DNA from: Nemertoderma westbladi
Lineage: Eukaryota; Animalia; Xenacoelomorpha
Direction of reading: 5' to 3'
Assembly (NCBI GenBank): GCA_032718475.1
Contig: JAUCBJ010002026.1
Coordinates: 11,630 to 75,629 of the forward strand
Length of the DNA stretch: 64,000 bases
Part shown: positions 24,401-35,753 of the stretch, one piece after another
Numbering within the stretch: position 1 is the stretch's first letter
Layout: every line of letters starts with the position of its first letter
The notes under the pieces: generated by a model
Databases searched by the model: none
What the model saw: the letters and a program-made list of their open reading frames with translations, nothing else
What the model was told of the DNA's origin: nothing
Translations under genes and position numbers: made by a program

Positions 24401-25370
24401 CGATCTGCCGCTGAACGCAATACAACTGAGCGTTCAAATCCCTTACCGTACTCACTATACCGAACACCAACAGGATTGATATGGGACCAATTAATCCAGT
24501 TTTCATGCAGTCAAGACGGGAACAGCACAAACACATTCAGTCACCTGAAATCACACTCACAAATAAGCAATTCACAATCGAAACACAAACAACACAGTAC
24601 AGAAAAATTTCTTCAAATACCTCTCCCAGAATATTTAGATAGATACTCGATTTACTATTAAGACGAGATTGACACCAAGCGAGATATAATTACGCAAGGG
24701 ACGTCCGGGACGTCCTATCAAAAAGGTGGGGGACACGCAGTTCGTTAGCCGCTTGAAATATTTGAGTGCAGAATCTACACTGAACTGTTAAATGCTACAA
24801 CAATAAATGTACATACTGTAATTGTAAACATTCAGGTAAATAAATTTTTACAACTCCTATTCTATACACAGTAAATCTATTTATAACACCAACAGGTGTA
24901 AACCTAAAATATTCTATTCAGAATGTCCTAAATAGCCTACTCTAGAATTACAGATAAGGACAATGCAACAATAAATGCGAGGAGAAAAATTCACCAGGTG
25001 GATAATATTCGCTGGCGAAATCTTCACTGAGTTAAATATTCACTGTTAGCGCTACAATTCAATTTTGCAAATAATGAGCCTAAACTTACGACCAGCTGTA
25101 TATACAAGAAACGGGCGCTAGTAACCGTTACTTGTACTCGTAGAATAATTTATTGTTGCATATAAAACTGGCGTTACTATAAACAGATTTGAAAACCCGT
25201 ATAAATAGTTCCTTTAAGTTGTGTGTCTGGGCTGCTTACGTCTTTATGTCTAACTGAAAACTGTATTCATTCGAGACTTATGGAAGTCGGATTTATGAAA
25301 CTGACAATCCGAGATACCGATGTCACAGGAATTAATTTTGTGCACGTATTAAAATATGTTAGTTTGCTAT

Positions 25371-25663
25371 TGTAATAGGAATATAACAGTATCGGTAGCG
25401 TATAGCCTTTACTTTGTTTTAGGTTAGGCATAGGCCTGTAGAACGTGGTTAGAATTTGTTGCTAATATAACTAAACTATATATATGATGATATTATTATG
25501 GTGATCAAATGGTGATGTACAGATGTTCTGATGTGATTATATTTTGTTATTATATTTTATTATACAGTCCCTATATTATGATGAACCAAGTATAAGCAAC
25601 AGACTACGTTATTTATATGATCGGGTTGATGCAGATAAGAGCATGATGAGATAGCTTATTACA
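25371..25663 (+). repeat. 5' LTR of Gypsy D
   Basis: TGTAATAGG...TTATTACA, 293 bp. Confidence 0.95.
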
Positions 25664-25677
25664 TGGAGGTCCCACCG
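25664..25677 (+). other. Primer-binding site, tRNA-Gln type
   Basis: TGGAGGTCCCACCG directly after the LTR is complementary to the tRNA-Gln 3' end (...CGGTGGGACCTCCA). Confidence 0.8.
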
Positions 25678-25833
25678 GCTGCATTCACTACGATCTATAG
25701 GGTAAGGGTATACAGGCTTATGTTTAACATCTAGAGGTGGGTTATGCGGTAAGTAGCAGAACTGGAGCGTGTTACTCGTCAAACTGCCGAAGAAACGAAA
25801 GATATTTATCACGGGGAGATTAGAAAAGCAGCA

Positions 25834-27171
25834 ATGAGTGAGGAGAAAAAGTCGAAACAGACATCGAAGGGTGCTGCAGGAGGTGATACAGGGTTTGCAA
25901 CTGACTTGAGCAACATCGCACAAATGTTCAGTACTGTTATGCAACAACAGATGGAAAATCAGGCGAGAATGTTTACTCAAATGATGGAGAAACTTTACGA
26001 TAAAGATGCCGCACGTTTAGAGAGTGATCGCATTGTAGCAGAAGAGAGAAATCGTCGGGAAGAAGAGATGTTCCGATCTCTTCTGAATAACCAGGAACGT
26101 TTGGGAAGAGATTATGAGGGTGACGATCCTATGTATTCGGCAACGGGTTCTAGAGATATGAGTAGGCGTTCCACGAAATTAACTGAAAAAATTCCTCCTT
26201 TCGACCCAAAAACAATGTCAATCCAAGAATGGTTTGATGAGTATTATGACAGGGTAATGACTGATTCCCAGGTCGGAGCAGAAGAGAAGAAGAACCGTTT
26301 ACTAGTGAAAATTGGTCGACTTCATACAATGCTAGAAGAAACCTTAGACGAGTCGGATAAGGAGAGTTATGATTCATTAAAGAAAGCTGTAATAGGAATT
26401 CTTGGGGACAGTAGAAGGAGTACAGCTACTGAAGTTGCCTCCTGTAAACAGGGTATTAATGAATCTTTACCTGAATTTATTGAACGATTCATGGTTTGTG
26501 TTCGACGTCGTAAGGAAGAAGTAGACGGTGTTGGTGAAACTCCATTACTTCAGGATTTCTTTGCTGTTAATATCCGTTCTGGACTTAGTGGACGTCTGCG
26601 AGGTTGGCGACGACTTCATCCTGACTCAACTTGGAAAGAGTTATTCCAACAAGCAAATGCACTAGATATGGAACATGCTGTAGAGCCGAAATGTTCAGTA
26701 ACTACATCTTCAATTGATTATAAATCGAGTAATTATAACAAATCAAAGTCTAGTTCAAATAATAATGCTAATTTTTCTACTAACACAGAAATTGTAAAGA
26801 AACCAAATGTCCATTGTTATAATTGTGGAAAATATGGTCATTTTGCTTATGATTGTCGCTCACCTATTAAGTGTCATGGTTGTGGAAAGTCCGGACATCG
26901 TATAAAAGACTGTTATAAGAACAATAAAAAGAAGGATGACAAGAATAAATGCAAAGGTAAGACAGATGATAAATATCAACAATCTTCTTTATCTTGTAAC
27001 ACAGTTATTGTGGGATACGATAAATGTAATCATACTCAAGATGATTATAATGAAGCACCAACTGTGAGCAAAGGGGAAGGTGCAATATCATCAGCAATTG
27101 ATGCCAGAAAAACTAACTCTACAATGGAGGGTAAATCTAAATTGCCATGGAATGGTCAGCATTTACGATGA
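25834..27171 (+). CDS. gag: Gypsy Gag with two CCHC knuckles
   Basis: 445-aa ORF; CKQGINESLPEFIERF; CYNCGKYGHFAYDC and CHGCGKSGHRIKDC. Confidence 0.9.
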   Translation: MSEEKKSKQTSKGAAGGDTGFATDLSNIAQMFSTVMQQQMENQARMFTQMMEKLYDKDAARLESDRIVAEERNRREEEMFRSLLNNQERLGRDYEGDDPMYSATGSRDMSRRSTKLTEKIPPFDPKTMSIQEWFDEYYDRVMTDSQVGAEEKKNRLLVKIGRLHTMLEETLDESDKESYDSLKKAVIGILGDSRRSTATEVASCKQGINESLPEFIERFMVCVRRRKEEVDGVGETPLLQDFFAVNIRSGLSGRLRGWRRLHPDSTWKELFQQANALDMEHAVEPKCSVTTSSIDYKSSNYNKSKSSSNNNANFSTNTEIVKKPNVHCYNCGKYGHFAYDCRSPIKCHGCGKSGHRIKDCYKNNKKKDDKNKCKGKTDDKYQQSSLSCNTVIVGYDKCNHTQDDYNEAPTVSKGEGAISSAIDARKTNSTMEGKSKLPWNGQHLR

Positions 27172-30100
27172 TGTTTTACATTGGCAACGGTAGGGGGTAT
27201 AGATTATCGTTCTTTCGTCGATGGGGGTAGTGAAGTATCAATAATATCTGAGGCTGCTTTGGACAGAATACAGTCTCTTACATCAACGAAAGTTCAGGTA
27301 TTACCGCCGCCAGTGGAACCAAAGTCTGAGTCTGGTCATGTCATGGATATAACGGGATCAGTAATGTTGAATATGCAGTTAGGGAGAAAGCAACATACCG
27401 TAGAATTATTAGTGGGTCGTAGTGGACAACATGATGTATTAATTGGCTTGGATTTGCTAGGTGCATTCCGTATTTGTATGAGATGGAATGTTAGCGGAGA
27501 TATAATCCTCGAAATGGATGGTGAGGAACTGATCAGTGAAACAGTTATACGTTCTTATGGGGATAAGACGATTGCAACTGTATGGTGTAATGATATAGTA
27601 ATAATACCTCCACGGAGTCGACAGATGATAACTGGATATGTAGATAATGCTATGAATAGGGGAGATTCTCTTTTATTTGAGCAGTCTGAATCTTTAACAA
27701 AGAAACATGGTCTCAATGCAGCAAGATCACTTACCAAAGTTGATGAGTTACAACGTATACCTGTGCAGGTTCTAAATACATCTAACATGGAAATGCAAAT
27801 CAATAAGAAGACTAAACTTGGATCGGTAGAATATATTGAGACTATACATGAGATTAATAATACAGATGGTGATGATAGGGAAGATGATAGTGATATGGAA
27901 TGTATGTCTATGCCTGTACCAGATGTTTTATCAGAGCCATGGACTAGGGAAACATTTGAATCCGAACTTCAAATAGGGGATGATTCCAGTCACGAGGAGA
28001 AAGATGAACTTGTTAATATATTATACAATCATTGTCATGTATTTGCCAGAAATGAAGCTGATTTAGGTTTAGTGGAGGGTGTGTCTCACCATATTGATAC
28101 AGGAGACTCAAAACCAATTAGAGTTAAAGGTGTTAGAACTCCGAAATCGCATTGGCCAGTTATTGAGAAACAAATAAATCATATGTTAGAAAATGATGTG
28201 ATAGAACGTTCTGAGAGTCCATGGTTGTTTAGGCCGGTGCTTGCTCTTAAGAAAGGTGGTGGTATACGATTTTGTATTGATTTTAGGCCGTTAAATGCAG
28301 TGACAAAGAGGGATGCTTATCCTTTACCATCGGTTACTGAGTTAATTGACTGTATTGGAGCACCACCGAGGGGGGCAAAACGTCTTTATTGTAGTACTCT
28401 TGACGTTTATTTGGCTTATTGGACTGTAAAGATTGAACCAAAGGACAAGGAGAAGACAGCATTTTCAACTCATATGGGTTTATTTCATTTTAAACGTATG
28501 CCGTTTGGTTTGACCAATGCACCTGCAACATTTCAGCGCTTAATGGAACTGACATTATCGGGACTGCAATATATTACTTGTCTAATATATCTCGATGATA
28601 TTTTAATATTTGCATTTGGTTCTGAAGAACACTTAAAGCGATTAGAAACTGTCTTAGTAGCATTGGAAAGAGTTGGAATGAAATTAAAGTTGAAGAAATG
28701 TAAATTCTTAAATTCTAGAATATACTATCTGGGACATATTATTGACATAGATGGACGACATCCCGACCCTGAGACTGTTTCAAAGTTATTGTCAATTCCA
28801 TCATTGAAGTCGAAGAAGGAGATTAGAATGTTCACAGGATTGGCGTCATACTATAGAATATACATACCGCATTGTTCATATAGAATGAAACCCTTGACAA
28901 ACCTCATGAAAGATGATGTTGAGTTCATTTGGGGGGAAGAGCAACAATCAGCTGTGGATGATATTAAACACGCACTTACTAATCCGCCATGTTTAGCACA
29001 TGCTGATTTTACTAAGGACTTTATATTACATACAGATGCATGCAAGAAAGGCTTGGGAGCAGTGTTAGCACAACACAATGAAAACAATCGTGTGCAGCCA
29101 GTTGCATATGCATCTCGAACTTTACATGGGGGTGAAGTAAACTACTCTATTAGTGACTTGGAATGTTTGGGCGTTGTTTGGGCCGTTAAACATTTCCGTC
29201 CGTATCTTTATGGGGGAAAATTCCAGATATACACTGATCATTCAGCACTAACTTACTTGCTGACAGCTAAACAGCTGGAAGGGCGTCTAGCACGTTGGGC
29301 GTTATGGTTAAGTCAATTTAATTGCACCATTCATTATAGACCGGGTAATAAACATCAAGATGCTGATGCACTTAGTCGATTACTACCTACTTGTTGTCCT
29401 GATAAAACACTAGGAAACTGCCCTTTAGATAATGAAGTAGATTTAATAAATAGAGATAAGGTTATTATTAATGCTATTGATGTTCCTTTAAAAGTTGATA
29501 TATCTGTGAAACAAAGACATGATGTTCAATTGAATAAGTTGATTGATTACCTTGAGTCTGGTACCATACCATCGAGTTCGAAAGAAGCAAAACGTAAAGT
29601 ATTAGAAGCGCAATATTATGAGATTAATAACTCCATACTATATTATCGAATGAAATTTAAGAGAAGTTCTAAAGTGAAACTACTTACTGTTGTACCGAAA
29701 TCGTTACGCGTTGAGTTATTGCGAGAATATCATACGGCACATTCGTCTGGACATTTTGCAACAAGTAAAATGTATGAAACATTGTTGAAATTCTACTATT
29801 GGCCCGGAATGTACCGTGATGTGAATCGACATTACAAGTCATGTGTGAGATGCATCGAGACACGCGACTTGCGGCAAAGACACGAATTGGAGTCGATCGA
29901 AGTTGAACGACCTTTCGAGCGGGTTGGGGTCGATCTGCTGGGTCCGTTCATTCCGACGGAGTATTATAACACATATATTGCTGTATTTATCGATTATCTA
30001 ACTAAATACGCGGAATTCGTTCCTTTGCAGGATGCAAAAGCGGATTCTACAGCAACGGCGTTAATGAATCGCGTGGTCCTACGATATGGGGCACCTGAGA

Positions 30101-31038
30101 TATTGTTATCTGATCAAGGTCCAAACTTTCGATCAAAACTCGTTGAAGAATTAACGCAGAGGTGTGAAACGCAGAAGGTTTATACTGTGCCTTACCACCC
30201 TCAATCGGATGGGTTGGCCGAGCGCACAATTGGCACAGTCATACGATTATTACGTTCGCTGACTGACCATCGTGGGCGGGATTGGGATATCCTATTGCCA
30301 GTCATTCAATTTGCTTACAACATTACTGTACACGCATCCACGGGACATACACCATTTTATTTATTACATGGTTTCGAAGCACGTAGACCCGCAGATAATA
30401 TGATTTTACCAGAGGGTGATAAATTTACCCCTCATAAACGTGCTAAATTAATTGGTGAACATATGTCAGTTGTTTGGAATTTAGCTCGTAGAAATATTTT
30501 AATTTCTCAAAATAGACAAAAACAAAATTATGACCGTAAAGTGAGAGATGAGATTATTAATATTGGTGACATTGTTTGGGCCAGAAACCACTCAGTCAAA
30601 CCTGGCACTGATCATAAACTTGCACCAAAATTTAATGGACCATATAGAGTAAGTGAAATAAATAATAAGAATTTATCTATTGTACCTATTAACGAGATAA
30701 ATAATAATAATGTAAAAGTTATTAGTAGAGACAACGTTCGTTTGAGAGTCGGTCCCTACCTACCGCCTTTACCTACGAATGTTACAGTTTCTGGGCGTAG
30801 TCCGAAACCATTGCTTGGTCGTGATTACGATAGTCAGAAAAACTCCCATCAAAATACTCGTAATGTAGACGAAACCATTGTTTATCCGTGCCCTATTTGT
30901 GGAATTCCTTGGTTTTCGGAAGGTAATTACATGGTCGCCTGTGACGGATGCCTTGAATGGTTCCATTTTGATTGTGTTGGTCTTGTAGATGAACCTAAGG
31001 AAGATAAATGGTTTTGTAGTGATTGTGACAGAAAATAA
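27172..31038 (+). CDS. pol: Gypsy Pol (PR, RT, RNase H, integrase, C-terminal PHD finger)
   Basis: VDGGSEVSII, RFCIDFRPLN, MPFGLTNAPATFQ, YLDDIL, HTDAC, LECLGVVWAV, YTDH, GVDLLGP, SDQGPNF, HPQSDGLAER, GPY motif, then a C4HC3 PHD. In frame with gag across one TGA. Confidence 0.93.
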   Translation, partial: CFTLATVGGIDYRSFVDGGSEVSIISEAALDRIQSLTSTKVQVLPPPVEPKSESGHVMDITGSVMLNMQLGRKQHTVELLVGRSGQHDVLIGLDLLGAFRICMRWNVSGDIILEMDGEELISETVIRSYGDKTIATVWCNDIVIIPPRSRQMITGYVDNAMNRGDSLLFEQSESLTKKHGLNAARSLTKVDELQRIPVQVLNTSNMEMQINKKTKLGSVEYIETIHEINNTDGDDREDDSDMECMSMPVPDVLSEPWTRETFESELQIGDDSSHEEKDELVNILYNHCHVFARNEADLGLVEGVSHHIDTGDSKPIRVKGVRTPKSHWPVIEKQINHMLENDVIERSESPWLFRPVLALKKGGGIRFCIDFRPLNAVTKRDAYPLPSVTELIDCIGAPPRGAKRLYCSTLDVYLAYWTVKIEPKDKEKTAFSTHMGLFHFKRMPFGLTNAPATFQRLMELTLSGLQYITCLIYLDDILIFAFGSEEHLKRLETVLVALERVGMKLKLKKCKFLNSRIYYLGHIIDIDGRHPDPETVSKLLSIPSLKSKKEIRMFTGLASYYRIYIPHCSYRMKPLTNLMKDDVEFIWGEEQQSAVDDIKHALTNPPCLAHADFTKDFILHTDACKKGLGAVLAQHNENNRVQPVAYASRTLHGGEVNYSISDLECLGVVWAVKHFRPYLYGGKFQIYTDHSALTYLLTAKQLEGRLARWALWLSQFNCTIHYRPGNKHQDADALSRLLPTCCPDKTLGNCPLDNEVDLINRDKVIINAIDVPLKVDISVKQRHDVQLNKLIDYLESGTIPSSSKEAKRKVLEAQYYEINNSILYYRMKFKRSSKVKLLTVVPKSLRVELLREYHTAHSSGHFATSKMYETLLKFYYWPGMYRDVNRHYKSCVRCIETRDLRQRHELESIEVERPFERVGVDLLGPFIPTEYYNTYIAVFIDYLTKYAEFVPLQDAKADSTATALMNRVVLRYGAPEILLSDQGPNFRSKLVEELTQRCETQKVYTVPYHPQSDGLAERTIGTVIRLLRSLTDHRGRDWDILLPVIQFAYNITVHASTGHTPFYLLHGFEARRPADNMILPEGDKFTPHKRAKLIGEHMSVVWNLARRNILISQNRQKQNYDRKVRDEIINIGDIVWARNHSVKPGTDHKLAPKFNGPYRVSEINNKNLSIVPINEINNNNVKVISRDNVRLRVGPYLPPLPTNVTVSGRSPKPLLGRDYDSQKNSHQNTRNVDETIVYPCPICGIPWFSEGNYMVACDGCLEWFHFDCVGLVDEPKEDKWFCSDCDRK

Positions 31039-31430
31039 TTATTCTTTTTTTATGAAATAAGTTAGAACGAAATTGAAACGATGTTACGGGAGTATATTTT
31101 GATGGCAATTACAATGTAATTAATAATTTAATTATTGTGCATATATTTTTAATTTGTATTTGGAAAACTATTTTTTGTGATGAAGGAAAGGAGTATTGCA
31201 GTTGTAATAGATTAAAGCATTTGGTACACCTAACAATGTACTATATAGATAATTTGATTGATACGATTATTATAAACTGAAAGTATTTTGTGAATTTATT
31301 TTGAGTGCGTTAATTACGATTATAATATAAAGAATTGAGATATGTTATTTTTTTAAGATAGTAGAATATTAATAGTGTAATAATTTTTTGTAATTTTGAA
31401 GATCGAGTCGATCTTTATTTCCAAGGTGGA

Positions 31431-31727
31431 TGTAATAGGAATATAACAGTATCGGTAGCGTATAGCCTTTACTTTGTTTTAGGTTAGGCATAGGCCTGTA
31501 GAACGTGGTTAGAATTTGTTGCTAATATAACTAAACTATATATAAAAATGATGATATTATTATGGTGATCAAATGGTGATGTACAGATGTTCTGATGTGA
31601 TTATATTTTGTTATTATATTTTATTATACAGTCCCTATATTATGATGAACCAAGTATAAGCAACAGACTACGTTATTTATATGATCGGGTTGATGCAGAT
31701 AAGAGCATGATGAGATAGCTTATTACA
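31431..31727 (+). repeat. 3' LTR of Gypsy D
   Basis: Direct repeat of 25371-25663, 297 bp. Confidence 0.95.
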
Positions 31728-32657
31728 CTATTAATATTAGGCATCATATGACAATACCCCATTGCGATGAGTTGCAATACCGTACAGTCTATAGACCACC
31801 AACCTCAATGTTATTGTGCTACCAACGTTAATCAACAACAGAATGACTTGAATCCATTCTCTTTATCTTTATCGATAACATAATAATAACATAAATCGCA
31901 ATAATTCAACTGATATAACAAATTAATTAATAGACAAACAATAAATCGACATAATACGAATCAATATCACAAATTGACATCGGCAATATCACGAATTGAC
32001 GTGAATATTCCGACCCACAAATCTACTAACAGCTAGTGAGTTGTTAACTAATAAATCTTCAATAGTTAGGCTGACAAACTGATATAATGCTATACTATAT
32101 ATAGGCTGGGGCTGGTAAGCTGAATGCAAATGGGTATTAGCCAATCAGAGCTATTCTGCATGGCCCTTGCAGTATAACATAATAATTCCCTGGCAGAAGT
32201 AAATTAACAATATGGGGCGAGCCTGCGAGGTAAATGCCATTCACTAGTGGCATTAACAACTATTATGGTTTCATACCAAGTCACTAAAATTATCAATATG
32301 GGGGTTTTCAGGGTCGGTGATTTCATTTCTGATGTCAGTTATAATGTTTGGTGGTATCTAATATGTCTGTCTGACAGTTTGACTGTCTGTCTGTCTTCTA
32401 AATTTTGAAGGACAAACTGATATCCCGTCTTCCAGTAATCGTTACAATGTATTCATAAACTGAAACTCGTTGAGAGAGAACCAAACTACAGTGGACTGCA
32501 AGACAGATATGCTGAGTGCTGAGATGGCTGCATGGGTAGGCCTATATACGAGTTAGCAGGATGTGTGTAGTGTAGTACTGTTGTAGTAGGCCTACTGCTA
32601 CAGTCAGGCACAGCAATGTAGTACCGTACCTAATGATGTAATACAGTAATGAACCGG

Positions 32658-33519
32658 TGTAACAGGAAAATATGCCCCCCCGGGCAAATTTCCCTAGGAA
32701 AAAATGCCCCCCCTTAGGAAATTATGCCCCCCCTGAATTATACAATAATAAACAAAACTTATTACTACTAAAACTTACAAAAATTATACAAAACAATAAA
32801 CAGTCACTTCACCAAATGAAGGAAAGGAGCAGGTTACAGAGGCATGCCTTTCTAACCAAAACAATAAACGATCATTTAACTAATTGAGGGAAAGGAGCAG
32901 GTTACAGAGGCGGGATTTTCTAACCAAAACAATAAACAGTCACTTTAGCAAATCAGGGAAAGGAGCAGGTTACAGAGACGGGATTTTCTAACCAAAACAA
33001 TAAACGATAACATTACCAATTGAGAGAAAGGAGCAGGTTACAGAGGCGGGATTTTCTAACCAAAACAATAAACAATCACTTTACCAAATCAGGGAAAGGA
33101 GCAGGTTACAGACTTAAAAAAGCTTGGAGCTGCTCGGCGCCCACACAACACCACACACTCGCACTGCTGTTATACCAGTACTTACTACAGTAGCCTACTG
33201 ACTTAGATACTTCAGTATGCTGTTCTACATCCCTTACTGCCTTACCTGCTTACCTACCGGCAGACCGGTACCGTACTATTCTTCCAGCTATTACAAGTTC
33301 TGCAGTTGGTAGATTAAAAGTGGCTACCAGCAGACCGGTATCGTACCAGTTTTCAGACTTTTGAGGGGGGCTAATTTTCCTGAGGGGAGGCATTATTTCC
33401 TAAGGAGAAATGCCCCCCCGGGCTAAATTTCCTAGGAAAAATTGCCCGGGGGGACATAATATCCTAGGAAATAATGCCCCGGGGGGCATATTCTAGGGGG
33501 GGCTGATTTCCTTGTGACA
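32658..33519. mobile_element. Non-autonomous Ginger1-like DNA transposon (MITE) with internal tandem repeats
   Basis: TGTAACAGG...CCTTGTGACA termini, CCGG on both sides (32654-32657, 33520-33523), and subterminal inverted 'TAGGAAA..ATGCCCCCC' motifs. TGT ends with a CCGG TSD fit Ginger1. Confidence 0.65.
32790..33112. repeat. ~68-bp tandem repeat, about 5 copies, inside the MITE
   Basis: GAAAGGAGCAGGTTACAGA at about 32822, 32890, 32958, 33026 and 33094. A diverged single copy lies at about 55958-56000. Confidence 0.88.
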
Positions 33520-33949
33520 CCGGTCTGCCGGTAGGTAACCAGAGCCTGCTGGTCATATTTACAGGCAGGCTGACAAGCTGTCAGGAGCGGAAAAACAACA
33601 GGTGTTGTTTTGTCCTAGGACTAAAATAACACTTTTCTTAGGTAGACTATCATTAGCAGAGTATTGTTTTGTCCGGGAATAGTGTATAACAACAATTAAT
33701 ACTATAAAACAGAAGTAAAATAATGCGGTGAAATGAGTTGTTCAGAGTCAGGTGAAAATCATAATGCATGAAATGTTATGTGATAAGTTAATAGATTTAC
33801 GTTCTTATAACCAAAGCCATCTGATGTTTCCTGGCCAAAGTCTGAAACTTCCGTACGGAAGCACAGTATTCTGAGTTGTTATGATTCTCAGTAAAAGGTA
33901 AACAAAGACCATAATGCATTGCGCGAGTTTCTATAGGTTTCTGTTAGCC

Positions 33950-34145
33950 ATAAAGTGAAAATTGCTCTGATTGGCTGAATAAGACAGAACAAAGAACTTC
34001 CACTACACAAAGAATCAGCTGACAGATTTCGTCATCTTGGTTCTAATTCCTTCCTGTCGCGTAGTTGGATAATTTTAGGGTTATTTTAGAGTATTCTGCG
34101 CATTGCGTAAAAATGACTTGTTATGTCCGCAAAAGCTTTTACAGT
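33950..34145 (+). repeat. Dispersed repeat, diverged direct copy at ~49665-49920
   Basis: Shared blocks GCTCTGATTGGC, AATCAGCTGACAGATTTCGTCATCT and AAAATGACTTGTTAT.TCCGCAAAAGCTTTTACA. Confidence 0.8.
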
Positions 34146-34249
34146 AATTTTAATGATATGTTTTATTGCATGTCAATATTGACATCTAATGTCAATATTG
34201 ACATGAACGCTGGGTTCTTATGTTCATTTCACCCCCACCAAATCTATTT

Positions 34250-34737
34250 AGAGGCCTTCAAGTAGCATCACAAATACCAGAATACTGAAACGAGCTGTCA
34301 AAACGCTTTAGTTAGAGGCATTCTTGCTGCATTATAAATACTGAAAAGAGCTTTTGAAACTATTCGGGCCTTCGCGCAGCATGTTAAATACTGAAAAAGA
34401 GCTACTAAAACTGTTCAGAGTCCTTTGTGCAGCATGATAAATGCTGAAAACTGCAGTTGAAATTGTTCAGAGGGTTTCATGTATCATGAGAAAAACTGAA
34501 AAGAACTGATAAAACTGCACAGGGGCTTTCGCACAGTTTGAAAAATACATAAAAGATCTCTCAAAGCTGCTCAGAGACCTTTGTGCAGCATGATAAACGC
34601 TGAAAAGAGATGTTGAAACTATTCAGAGCTTTGTGCAGCATGATAAATGCTGAAAAGAGCCGTTGAAACTATTCAGAGGTCTTCGAGCAGCTTGAGAAGG
34701 ACTGAAAATAAGTTTTGAAACTTTCAGGCCTTCGCAC
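34250..34737. repeat. ~52-bp satellite, left part
   Basis: Degenerate CCTTCGTGCAGCATGATAAATGCTGAAAAGAGCTGTTGAAACTGTTCAGAG units; the array resumes at 51038. Confidence 0.85.
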
Positions 34738-35753
34738 CGGTCCTACTAATTACCCCAACCTACCACAATTTACCCCAACCTACCACAATCTACCGCAATC
34801 TACCCCAACAATTCGATAGAAGCATCTAATTACCACAATATTATTTTACAATGGCATCTAATTACCACAATATACAGAACGCAAGTGTCTATTTACCACA
34901 AGACTACACTGCATCTAATTACCACAATATTCAGATATTATTTTACATTGGCGTCTAATTACCACAATATACAGAACGCAAGTGTCTATTTACCACAAGA
35001 CTACACTGCATCTAATTACCACAATATTATTTTACAATGGCATCTGATTACCATAATAGCGTAGGCGCGGGTGACTTTGCCATTGGTGGTGACATTGCCA
35101 GTGTGTATATTGATTTTCTCTTTCATAATATGAGGAACAGTTTAAGACAATTGAGACAATTTGGTTGTTTAGTGGCATAGTATTTATGTAAAGCCATATA
35201 AAATTTTACAAAAGTTGTAAAAATAGACAGTAACAAATGATTTGAAGCATCTACAAAATTTGCATAATAATTTTCATAAAAATTATTATTTGATCAGATA
35301 AAAAAAAAGTTGTAAACAAAGTGTTCTAGGAAATAGAAATTATATAAAACCTGATATATAGTGATAGTTTATTATTATTGAGTTCAATTTTTTATGATAT
35401 TACCCAGACATAGTTGTGTAGAATACAATGGCAAAGTCACCCCAACTCTGACAAGGAACCAACTGAATAGGGCTGTTATTTTGTTTATGATGTAGGCCTT
35501 TTATACGGTATTAATATTCAGATATTTAATATAATAGCCTAAAAACTTTACTCCACATTTCATTATCTGCTTGCATATAATTATAGTAGTACCATAGTGA
35601 AATGCTGAAATGCTTGCAGGCCTATCCTTTACATCACATAGCGTTTTAGTTGTACCGGTACTGATACTTACTTATGGCATATCATTTAATTAATTATCCT
35701 AAACTTTAGTTCCGGTACTAAAAGTACTGGTAATGACTTAGTATCAGCTTAGG

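Larger units (their letters stand above)
25371..31727 (+). mobile_element. Gypsy LTR retrotransposon D with PHD-finger integrase
   Basis: LTRs 25371-25663 and 31431-31727 are identical apart from a 4-nt AAAA indel. TSD CTAT at 25367-25370 and 31728-31731. PR-RT-RH-IN order. Confidence 0.96.
1..32258 (-). mobile_element. BEL/Pao LTR retrotransposon A (decayed; interrupted by elements B and D; 3' LTR not in window)
   Basis: Gag-PR-RT-RH-IN pieces lie on the minus strand in BEL order. Removing 4410-18171 and one AAGAC copy restores RNase H 'FWTDAVLVLEYLTNEVC', matching element C 'YWTDALLVLEYITNEVC'. Outer limits are inferred. Confidence 0.8.
25044..32258 (-). repeat. Putative 5' LTR of element A, interrupted by Gypsy D
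   Basis: TGTTA...TAACA termini. Minus strand shows a CCAAT element (~32140), TATATATA (~32096-32103), TCAGT (32078-32082) and AATAAA (~25150). There is no second copy in the window to confirm the ends. Confidence 0.45.
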
